A program made the translations under genes and the position numbers. Below, one piece after another: positions 10,821 to 19,472 of a stretch of 60,734 bases of DNA. Numbering within the stretch: position 1 is the first letter of the stretch; every line of letters starts with the position of its first letter. Source of the DNA: an uncultured virus (IMG/VR IMGVR_UViG_3300046340_000069) (Duplodnaviria > Heunggongvirae > Uroviricota > Caudoviricetes); IMG/VR virus record IMGVR_UViG_3300046340_000069. One strand, 5' to 3'. Below the pieces are notes generated by a model. That model saw nothing but the letters and a program-made list of their open reading frames with translations. It searched no databases and had not been told where the DNA came from.

Positions 10821-11122
10821 CACAAATTACAGTTTATTGCAGTATGTGGTATGACTGGAGATCGATCGCTACCACGCCGATCCCTAATATGCTCTGAGAG
10901 GTGCCTAGAATGCCCTCAGACAGTCCAGACAGTCAATCTAGACATATACTCACTTCACTCATTACGACAATGTAGAAATTGTAGTGAGAAACAAATGGCT
11001 GAGAGACAATGTAATCCCTCAGCCATTATGCCTAATATCTTAAAATTGCTTGGAATTGGATCGGGATTAGTGGGATAGTAGAGAGGTAAGCAAACAACAA
11101 CCGATAAGGGAACATAATACAA

Positions 11123-11557
11123 ATGAATATATTCACTATAGAATTACAACGTATTATTACTGCCAGAACCGGATGTACTAGTTTTAGTAGTGCTAAACTA
11201 GTCACATATCTAGATAGTCATATAGATACAGTTAATCTATATGATACAGTTGTAATTTTGGAGCATCTGATAATCTCAGATATTGCACCAGAACAATGTA
11301 TTATCTCTATAGTATGGCTAAAATTATGTAAGCTTTACCCTAAACAATCGATATTGTTTAGCTGGGATTATGTTACAGCATTGTATCATTTTTGTATTGA
11401 TGAATGTTGCTGTAACAATAACAACATTGATGATGTATTATACTCAATATTATCAATGTACTACATTGATGATGATAATGTATTTTGTGTTGCAAATACA
11501 CTTAATATGCTACAATGTCAGTTTGTCACATATTGGATTGATATACCTACTAGATAA
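11123..11557 (+). CDS. Hypothetical protein
   Basis: 144-aa ORF after a type A cassette. Confidence 0.65.
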   Translation: MNIFTIELQRIITARTGCTSFSSAKLVTYLDSHIDTVNLYDTVVILEHLIISDIAPEQCIISIVWLKLCKLYPKQSILFSWDYVTALYHFCIDECCCNNNNIDDVLYSILSMYYIDDDNVFCVANTLNMLQCQFVTYWIDIPTR

Positions 11558-11911
11558 TCAGTGGTTAGTTAATGGCGATAAAATATTAGTTTGTAAATTA
11601 GCATAACACTACAATCTAATTATTAACTTTAATAACACAGCCGATCTAGTGAGATCGGCTGTGTTATTTTGTTTATGCCAGATCGCCCGATCTGCTAATA
11701 TCCTCTCTATGGTGTTTAAAAATGCCATACAATCGATCGAACTGCCAAACTAGACATATACTCACTTCACTCATTACGACAATGTATAAACTGTAGGAGT
11801 TTTAAATGGCTGAGATACAGCGTAATCACTAAGCTATTATGCTTAACTTCTGACAAACTGCTAGATATCTCGTTATAATTAAAGAGTAAACAGATTCGAG
11901 GTTACGACATT

Positions 11912-12229
11912 ATGACTACTTCAACTACGACTTTAGAATTAATCGATCTACATGATGTGTATGGTGATAATTTAGCGGAATTGTTTGTAGACATACAAAA
12001 TGAGTCTTCTGGATCGATAGAGTACGAAAATGATACAATAGCGTATTATATATTACTTAGTGATGGTATATTGTATTACGACTATGCAGAAAACATCACA
12101 AACGGTGACAAAATGTTACCGTATGCTTATATATATCTACCTTGTAATCCTAGTGAGTTACTAGTAGTTAATACAGTTGTATCTGCTTATAATACACTAG
12201 TTGCTGAAAAATTACCATTAGTAAGTTAA
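11912..12229 (+). CDS. Hypothetical protein
   Basis: 105-aa ORF, gagg RBS; leader and N-terminus (MTTST) shared with the 9885 gene. Confidence 0.7.
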   Translation: MTTSTTTLELIDLHDVYGDNLAELFVDIQNESSGSIEYENDTIAYYILLSDGILYYDYAENITNGDKMLPYAYIYLPCNPSELLVVNTVVSAYNTLVAEKLPLVS

Positions 12230-12289
12230 CTACAACTATTAAATTTAATACCTTAGCCGATCTATTAGATCGGCTTTTTTTGTATCAGT

Positions 12290-12590
12290 CAAACACTATA
12301 CTCTGTAATATGTGTAGCTGTGGTATATACATTATCTAGTCAGTCTTTTGTAGGAGAAAAGTCATTAAAAGCACTTCAAACCTATTGGATACGTCAAAGA
12401 GTATTATTATGCACTACCGATTATGTATGTCTATCTTGCTACCTAATGTAATAAAATCCAGATCGGAGATTGTAACTCCCAAACACTATAGTCTGTAATA
12501 TATGTAGCTGTGGTATATACATTATCTAGTCAGTCTTTTGTAGACAAAAAGTCATTAAAAGGACTACAAACCCATTGGAGATCGATCGCT
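12290..12590 (+). repeat. Second locus of the ~180-bp non-coding repeat (~1.6 units)
   Basis: Direct match to 10595-10820. Confidence 0.9.
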
Positions 12591-12996
12591 ACCTACCTCA
12601 GCTTAGTTACTAACATCCTCTCAAACTGCGCTAGAATGCCCGATCGACAGTGTTTGTAGTGTAGTGGTAGTGAAGTGTAGTTGTTGCCTGTGTTGTCATG
12701 TAATATACTACATCAGGAAGGACAAAAAGACAGTGTGTGGTTGTAGTGTAGTGAAGTATGCTGGATATGCCTGACTTTTTTACTCATCGACTTCGCATGA
12801 TTTAAAATAGGGGGTAGGGGGTTTCCTATAAGAATTTGACTTCTAAGACAGTGCATTTGACGGATATATTTACCAATCTTTTTAAAATTTTTTTAGAATT
12901 TTTTTTTTTGAAAAGGTCTTTAGATTTGCCAGCTATATTTACAAATCTTTTAAAATTTTTTTTAATAATAAATAAATAAACAAATAAATTTATATT

Positions 12997-13800
12997 ATGA
13001 GAAAATTATATCAACAAATTACAGAATTTTATGAATTGCAAGAAGCATTGAGCAAAATGCCATCATCGGATATAATTTCCGATGAAGGATATCATCAAAC
13101 AAAACTTACGCATTATCAGGGAGATGCGGAATTTACACCAAGTAGATATCACCAAGATTATTCAGGGGTTACACATAGTGTAGCGTGGATGAATAAAAAA
13201 AAGGGTAACAGCAGTTCGATAACAGACAAAAAGAACACATTACATGATGCAGCACATTTACATAATCATTATATACAGAATAACACAGATATTGGAGATG
13301 TAGTCAGATCTGATACTATGCCAGATGCGGATGGCGAAGGAAACAAACGAGCAAGAATATATGGAAAAATGGCAGGATTTGGGGGACTAAATAAAGCGGG
13401 GGAACAATATGGAATCGTAAAAAAACACGCAGACGATCATCCAGAAGAACACAAACGAGGAAAAAAATATTTACATCCGTTAGAACATGATGAAATAAAC
13501 GCGCATGGAGATAAACCTAGTGCTGGTTCGACTGATGGAAAAATTCGTACTATGAGTAGAGATTATGGAGAAGGGGGGAAATTACATATCACTCGAAGAA
13601 ATAGAGTAATGCACGGAACTGCAATAAATGCAGATGGGAGCGAATCCGAACATATGACAGATACAGAATCCGATCATCCAGACAATGAAAAACATTTAGC
13701 AGAACTACATAGTCATCACAAAGATTATGTAAATTCTAAACAAAAATCTAAAACTCCAGCAATTGATGCGCTAATTACGAAGTTAAAAACTAAAAAATAG
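12997..13800 (+). CDS. His/Gly/Lys-rich protein, possible internal head protein
   Basis: 267 aa; ATAAATA late-promoter-like motif upstream; N-terminus MRKLYQQITEFYELQE resembles T4-type capsid-targeting leaders. Confidence 0.7.
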   Translation: MRKLYQQITEFYELQEALSKMPSSDIISDEGYHQTKLTHYQGDAEFTPSRYHQDYSGVTHSVAWMNKKKGNSSSITDKKNTLHDAAHLHNHYIQNNTDIGDVVRSDTMPDADGEGNKRARIYGKMAGFGGLNKAGEQYGIVKKHADDHPEEHKRGKKYLHPLEHDEINAHGDKPSAGSTDGKIRTMSRDYGEGGKLHITRRNRVMHGTAINADGSESEHMTDTESDHPDNEKHLAELHSHHKDYVNSKQKSKTPAIDALITKLKTKK

Positions 13801-13819
13801 AAAAATTATTAAATTTAAT

Positions 13820-13851
13820 AATGACCTTCTAAAATCAATTAGAAGGTCATT
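13820..13851. terminator. Bidirectional terminator hairpin family (also ~19361, 24851, 29839, 55203)
   Basis: aatgaccttctaa-aatcaa-ttagaaggtcatt, mostly between convergent genes or after minus-strand genes. Confidence 0.8.
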
Positions 13852-13942
13852 ATTTTTATAATTTGGTACTAGTAGTCATTATTTAGATTATCATTCGTTG
13901 TAGGGCATCCTAGAGGGGTCTGAGAGCATAATATAGGTTCCC

Positions 13943-14329
13943 CTAATATGTGTCATTATTAAAAAGAATATTATAAATTTGAATGAGTGGAATAAATCTG
14001 TGATAATATGTCACAGGGGTACTATTAATCACTTCTACCGTCTTCTGGGTTTGGATTGCCATAAATATCACCAACTCTTTGTAAATTATATCGCATTTCA
14101 ATCTATTTGGGTGTATACAACTTAGAATAGTTTCAAGAACATCAAATGGGGGGTTTGGTGACTGTTCATAGATACCATCTTCATTTTCAGTGAATGAGAT
14201 GAGATGTGAGTGATGAACATAATCGAAGTCTATTTTCTCATCAGCACAAAACTCATGAGGATCCCATATTGTTCCAATAGAACTGGTTAACAAATGCTGA
14301 AATTTGTTATAAAAATCTTGGTATGCCAT
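13943..14329 (-). CDS. Hypothetical protein, paralog of 14329-14709
   Basis: FYNKFxHLLT.S.GT.WDPHEF shared with its neighbour. Confidence 0.8.
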   Translation of the reverse strand: MAYQDFYNKFQHLLTSSIGTIWDPHEFCADEKIDFDYVHHSHLISFTENEDGIYEQSPNPPFDVLETILSCIHPNRLKCDIIYKELVIFMAIQTQKTVEVINSTPVTYYHRFIPLIQIYNILFNNDTY

Positions 14330-14709
14330 CAGTATAAAAATAGTAAATTGTAGAACTGTCTGATATGAATGAAGTGGTGCAAAATGGTAGTAGGTACACG
14401 ATTAACCCAACCAAGAGTTTTTTGATGTCGAATAGACATATAAACTTCAATTTCTTTAAGTTTTATATCATTGTTCATTCTTCTACCAGAATGGACAGCA
14501 TTAAATATTTCTTCTAGTTCATCAAATATAGGTTCGGGGGGTTGTGTAAGTATAGTATCAACTCCTTTAATAGTATAAATAGGATGGTTATGGTGGATAA
14601 AATCGAAGTTAATTTTCTCACTAGCATCGAATTCGTGAGGATCCCACAAAGTGCCGACAGAATTAGTGAGGAGGTGTTCAAATTTGTTATAAAATTCGGT
14701 GTAAGTCAT
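14329..14709 (-). CDS. Hypothetical protein, paralog of 13943-14329
   Basis: Tandem duplicate with overlapping stop/start. Confidence 0.8.
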   Translation of the reverse strand: MTYTEFYNKFEHLLTNSVGTLWDPHEFDASEKINFDFIHHNHPIYTIKGVDTILTQPPEPIFDELEEIFNAVHSGRRMNNDIKLKEIEVYMSIRHQKTLGWVNRVPTTILHHFIHIRQFYNLLFLY

Positions 14710-14713
14710 ATTT

Positions 14714-15076
14714 TTATAATCCTCGCAATAATGAGTTTAAATTAGACAAATCTTCAGAAGATAGTGTATATGTCTCAATATAAGTGTTGTTACAGTGTTC
14801 AATTTTGATGGTTATTTCGGCACCAAAACGAATAAGAGTTAATTTGTGGGGATAAGCATTACGACAGATTGTAATAGTCCGAGTATTTTTTACAAAAGAG
14901 CGTTTGTGAAAGTATTGAATTTTGCCGTTAGGTACAAGTTTATTATTACAACCAGGAACAGAATCTGTCAATACTTGATATACAGGAACTAGTAATACAT
15001 CACTAGTCATTTGTTCTGTTAAGTGGTACAATTTGGCATCAACAAGAGAATCAAAAATTTTAGTATCAGAAGACAT
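14714..15076 (-). CDS. Hypothetical protein
   Basis: 120-aa ORF. Confidence 0.65.
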   Translation of the reverse strand: MSSDTKIFDSLVDAKLYHLTEQMTSDVLLVPVYQVLTDSVPGCNNKLVPNGKIQYFHKRSFVKNTRTITICRNAYPHKLTLIRFGAEITIKIEHCNNTYIETYTLSSEDLSNLNSLLRGL

Positions 15077-15129
15077 AGTTAATTTGGTGAGAATATGTAA
15101 GTGGTGTAGTAAGGCATTCTATGGGCATC

Positions 15130-15828
15130 TCAGAACATAATCGGGGCATCCCAAGTAAGTTGATTCTCTAGATGTGCTTCGATCAATTGGTTTAGTTTTG
15201 ATTGATGTTCTGGAGTAAATTGTATAGTAGAATCAGGCAACCAATTAGGTACTTCTTTGAGGTATCGTTCGGGAGATACTACCCCTGATTTAGTGGCAAA
15301 CTGATAATGAATGTTTTGAAGGCAATTCTGATCTTTTGAACCAAAATTTATAAATTTGTCATGTATTCTTGGCATACGGATTATTGTTTGATAGCTAGTA
15401 CCACCACGATTATATTTTATACCTATAGGAAGTCCCGATGACTTTTTCATTAATGCTATATTGAACCAATTTGTCACTAATTCTAAATTAGATCTTGTAT
15501 TATTACTAGGATCGCCATCTATATGATTGATCACCCAATTTTGATTAGTCTTCAATCCAACTATTAATTCATAAATTTTTACATTTTTTCCATTTTTCTT
15601 TGTACTAAATCTGCCTTCACAATCCGGACACCAATTATATAGTTTTAATAGATCTACTTTATCAAGATCGATAGTATTAGTATATAATCTACCAGTATTA
15701 GTATTGAGTACATGTAAAGTTTCATCTACAAACAATTGATTAAAAATTAATTTATAATTACTTTTATTTACATTATGATGAGGTAGATCGAATTCCCATT
15801 TATTAGTAGTGTTGGTATAATGAATCAT
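15130..15828 (-). CDS. HNH homing endonuclease, repeated family copy 1
   Basis: INHIDGDPSNNTRSNLELVT HNH motif; closely similar to the other copies; start MIHY assigned by alignment. Confidence 0.85.
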   Translation of the reverse strand: MIHYTNTTNKWEFDLPHHNVNKSNYKLIFNQLFVDETLHVLNTNTGRLYTNTIDLDKVDLLKLYNWCPDCEGRFSTKKNGKNVKIYELIVGLKTNQNWVINHIDGDPSNNTRSNLELVTNWFNIALMKKSSGLPIGIKYNRGGTSYQTIIRMPRIHDKFINFGSKDQNCLQNIHYQFATKSGVVSPERYLKEVPNWLPDSTIQFTPEHQSKLNQLIEAHLENQLTWDAPIMF

Positions 15829-16169
15829 ACAGTTTGTCTCATTCGCAAATAAAGGATAGTAGGTAAGCATAAATGGCAATGAGGCGGCATACCAGCATTC
15901 CAGACAATAGGAGATTCTTTATCGTCGTCACATTCTAATCTGTAAGATATTTGAGTAGATTTGGGGAAAGATTTAGTGGTATGGTATAGTTCAAGAACCA
16001 TATTAGTGATTACATAATTTACAATTTCTTGGACAGAAGGGACTACGCAAATATAATCTTCGAGATTGATTGATCTTAGGTAATTATTGTCTTGATTGTT
16101 TATGTTTATTGAGTAAATCGTATCTTCGAGATTGATTTGTTTAATGAGTTGATAGATTTGTTGAGTCAT
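15825..16169 (-). CDS. Hypothetical protein
   Basis: 114-aa ORF overlapping the HNH start. Confidence 0.5.
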   Translation of the reverse strand: MTQQIYQLIKQINLEDTIYSININNQDNNYLRSINLEDYICVVPSVQEIVNYVITNMVLELYHTTKSFPKSTQISYRLECDDDKESPIVWNAGMPPHCHLCLPTILYLRMRQTV

Positions 16170-16313
16170 ATTTTGGCGAAAGAGATGAATAATAATTGAC
16201 TAATACTTTAGTAACATTGTCACACATAGATTGTTGTTCTTCTAGCGTCATTCCTTCCATAAGATTATTACACTCTTGAATGTAGGAATTGACATGATTA
16301 TTAAATTTAATAA

Positions 16314-17018
16314 TTAGTGAGTGAGTGGAGTAGGTTGTTCCCAAGTTGCTTGATTAGCTAGATGTGCTTCAATTAATTTATCTAGTTTTGATTGATGTTC
16401 TGGAGTGAATAGGATAGTATGATCTGGTAGCCAGTTTGGGACTGATAATAGATATCTTTCTGGCAATACTAAACCTGATTTAATAGCAAATTGGTAGTGC
16501 AAGTTTTGAAGATAGTTAAGATCTTCAGAACCAAAATTTATTTGTTTCTTTACTCTTGGCATAGCAATTTGTGTTTGATAGCTACTATCACCATGATGAT
16601 ACAGTATACCAATAGGAAGTCCAGATGACTTCTTCATTATTGCGGTGTTGAACCAATTAGTGACTAATTCTAAATTAGATCTTGTATTATTACTAGGATC
16701 GCCATTTATATGATTGATCACCCAATTCTTATTAGTCTTTGCACCATATACAGATTCATGAATTTTTACAGTTTGTCCATTTTTATATGTTAGAAATCTA
16801 CCTTTATTGTCAGGACACCAATTATATAGTTTAAGAAGATCTACTTTATCAAGATCGATAGAATTAGTATATAATTTACCAGTATTAGTATTGAGCAGAT
16901 GTAGTAGATCGTCTACAAATAATTGATTATATGTTAATGGCTTACAAGATCCATTATTTATATTATGATGAGGCTGAACGAACTGATAGAAATTGAGTAT
17001 TTTGCAGAAATGTATCAT
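16314..17018 (-). CDS. HNH homing endonuclease, repeated family copy 2
   Basis: INHINGDPSNNTRSNLELVT; start MIHFC assigned by alignment. Confidence 0.85.
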   Translation of the reverse strand: MIHFCKILNFYQFVQPHHNINNGSCKPLTYNQLFVDDLLHLLNTNTGKLYTNSIDLDKVDLLKLYNWCPDNKGRFLTYKNGQTVKIHESVYGAKTNKNWVINHINGDPSNNTRSNLELVTNWFNTAIMKKSSGLPIGILYHHGDSSYQTQIAMPRVKKQINFGSEDLNYLQNLHYQFAIKSGLVLPERYLLSVPNWLPDHTILFTPEHQSKLDKLIEAHLANQATWEQPTPLTH

Positions 17019-17052
17019 AATTAATCCCCTATAACAAAAATGGTGAGAAATG

Positions 17053-17553
17053 TCAACCAAATACTACCACCATTGAGTCGAAAGTACCTGAGTTTTTAGC
17101 TTTTGGTAGATGTTCTGTGTTGGGGATAGAATTTATACCAGTGCCAGGATTGATATGGGCGGGTTGTAGTACACCATTAACTTTAATCTTACCAATACCT
17201 TCAAATTTTAGTCTGCCTTCTATGAATAGAATTTGACTAGCATGAGGTTTAATTACATGGTGATAAAGTCTGGTAGACGTGCTGACAGGAAGTAGAAATA
17301 CAGATTTATTACCATTAATTTGCCATTCTGCTAACCCCTTCATAACAAATGCTTCTTTTTCTATTTTGCTGTATGGAGGATTGACAAAATTAACTTTTTT
17401 CCAAGGGACGATTAGTGCATCATTTTCTGGCGTGATTACTTCATTTATGGGGCAAACATCAAACATTTCACCATGTACATCAACTAATTGATCGTAGAAA
17501 TATTTTGGTGTCGTCCAATGATTACTTGGGTTGGAAATTCTAGGTTTAGTCAT
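17053..17553 (-). CDS. Phage DNA N6-adenine methyltransferase (phage Dam-like)
   Basis: W-T-T-P near the N-terminus, FDVC, catalytic NPPY, FIEGRLKF. Confidence 0.85.
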   Translation of the reverse strand: MTKPRISNPSNHWTTPKYFYDQLVDVHGEMFDVCPINEVITPENDALIVPWKKVNFVNPPYSKIEKEAFVMKGLAEWQINGNKSVFLLPVSTSTRLYHHVIKPHASQILFIEGRLKFEGIGKIKVNGVLQPAHINPGTGINSIPNTEHLPKAKNSGTFDSMVVVFG

Positions 17554-17846
17554 TTTTGATTAATTTCTATCTTTCATATAATTATAGCATCAATCACTAT
17601 AGAATGTCAACAAAAAAAGAGAGCAATTATTGCTCTCTTTCTTAATATTTTGAGTGGTGTTATCCAACAAAGAATTATCCAAGTGTATTAGGCTTCGATT
17701 TGCGAATTACTTTAACTGGTGGAAGAACATAATAATCAGTCACTAACCGAGTTGCGCCAGTTGTCGCTTTCATTAATTGTGCATTTCGTTCAGTGTTGGT
17801 CATAAAATTTTGGTGAGAGAGTGGAATATATCTATTATAACATTAT

Positions 17847-18119
17847 TTATTGATATTTGTAAAGTAATTTGCGAAGTTCTATTGACTTACCATTTACGAC
17901 AATCATCATTTTTTTCAATTGTTCTGACCAAAATATGTGTGGATTGTATATTCGTTCAAATCGAGGAAAATATTGTCTCAAGTTTTGTCCGTGTTTGCAA
18001 TCACAAAAATCTAGAACATTAAAAGATTTGAGAAATTTGCTACCTTCACTATGGTATAAACGCAAACCAAGATCTTTGCATTTACAATTTGACAACCAGC
18101 CAGACGAAATTATGCTCAT
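17847..18119 (-). CDS. Hypothetical protein
   Basis: 90-aa ORF starting right after the PAAR-like gene stop. Confidence 0.55.
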   Translation of the reverse strand: MSIISSGWLSNCKCKDLGLRLYHSEGSKFLKSFNVLDFCDCKHGQNLRQYFPRFERIYNPHIFWSEQLKKMMIVVNGKSIELRKLLYKYQ

Positions 18120-18120
18120 A

Positions 18121-18438
18121 TTAACTAATAAATGTGTTGCTAGGCGATCCGATGATTACCCCTCCGTATATACCTATATTATCACCAATTTTTAATTTTG
18201 GCAATCCTCCAGAGTACGAATTTGTAGCGGTGCCAGCAGCAAATAGTTGATCGGGCAAACACGGGGATGCACAGGTCAGATTAATATTACTTCTAATCCC
18301 ATAAAATCCCGCAGTTAGAACGGGATAACCATTTACGAAGTTGTTATTTTGTCTGACTAATGGTGTTTGGGGGTAAATGCAGCAGGGGGGTATTGCGGAC
18401 AGTGACACAAAACAGGATGAATTTGCTACTTGACTCAT
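18121..18438 (-). CDS. PAAR-like baseplate spike-tip protein (gp5.4-like)
   Basis: Cys-rich; NFVNGYPV, LKIGD, GSPSNTFI patterns; late promoter upstream. Confidence 0.65.
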   Translation of the reverse strand: MSQVANSSCFVSLSAIPPCCIYPQTPLVRQNNNFVNGYPVLTAGFYGIRSNINLTCASPCLPDQLFAAGTATNSYSGGLPKLKIGDNIGIYGGVIIGSPSNTFIS

Positions 18439-18533
18439 ATAAATTTATTTATTTATCACTTAATATTTATAATATTATAACATGCTTCCAGGTTTTTGCT
18501 AACTTTATATCATTAATAGTAGCCTTATGAACA

Positions 18534-19304
18534 TTATATTTTTTTGATATATATATATATATATACTCCAGTAAACCCATCTCTTAGTAATACTTTTATT
18601 TCTCGCACTTGTTGTTCATTTAACTTTGCATGTGGTGCCTTTTCGCCACACAAAGAAACTGACAAGTTTTTTTTATGTTCGTCGGTAAAAATTCGCCCAG
18701 CCATAACAACTGATAAATGTTTCTTCGCTTCTTCTGATAAAGTTTTTCCCTTTTGAGAAGCAGACATATTTTTCTTAGTTTGCTGCGTGTGTTTATATCC
18801 ATACAAAGGATGTTCTTCCCCAAATTTTCCATACATGGGATTATTACTACCAACTTTGCAATTTGATAGTTTTTGTTTAGTTTTTTCTGATGGAGTGTTA
18901 CCGATATGAGAATCAGACATTTTTTTCCTTGTTGATGTGGAAAAATCTTTTGCAAAATTAGGATGATTTTCACCAGATAACCCGTTACCACCACCAGAAA
19001 TTGGCGAAAAATTCATACAATATGGTTTGTGCAAATGTTCGGCGATCAATTCCGTCTCTGCTATCATCAATTCTTCTATGGTGTCATAGTAAGAAAGTAT
19101 TGTTCGTCGCAATAGATTCTTATCTTTAATAGACTTCACCCATTTACCAGATCCCAAATAAGGATCATTATCTGGATGTTTGTCTGATGAGTGCATACCG
19201 TAATATTTCTTATCACTACCCACTAGGATAGTTTCATACAAATAGTTATATTTTTTAGGGGTTCTGTTGGTCATAAAAATTAATGATAAAGACAGCATTA
19301 TCAT
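18534..19304 (-). CDS. GIY-YIG (Seg-like) homing endonuclease with NUMOD3 repeats; C-terminal HTH out of frame
   Basis: YLY..YYGMH..YLGSG; repeated (H/S)xxTxxKMS motifs; (TA)n run at 18547-18565. Confidence 0.85.
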   Translation of the reverse strand: MIMLSLSLIFMTNRTPKKYNYLYETILVGSDKKYYGMHSSDKHPDNDPYLGSGKWVKSIKDKNLLRRTILSYYDTIEELMIAETELIAEHLHKPYCMNFSPISGGGNGLSGENHPNFAKDFSTSTRKKMSDSHIGNTPSEKTKQKLSNCKVGSNNPMYGKFGEEHPLYGYKHTQQTKKNMSASQKGKTLSEEAKKHLSVVMAGRIFTDEHKKNLSVSLCGEKAPHAKLNEQQVREIKVLLRDGFTGVYIYIYIKKI

Positions 19305-19472
19305 ACTAACATATATTGGCGCAAAATACCACCACCAAATTCTAAATTATTAAATTTAATAATGACCTTCTAAAAATCAATTAGGAGGTCATTATTTTTA
19401 TGATTTGATGCTAGTGGTCATTATTTCAATTAAGACCTGCTACATGGCATTTTAGACCCCTCCCAGGGCATA

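Noticed and set aside
10657..11078. ORFs 10657-10854 and 10806-11078 (also 4687-4872)
   Set aside because: They are translations of the non-coding repeat and promoter cassettes.
4701..11911. Repeated cassettes as a CRISPR array or integron attC sites
   Set aside because: Units are long, degenerate and separated by whole genes; no cas or integrase in the window; no attC core sites recognised.
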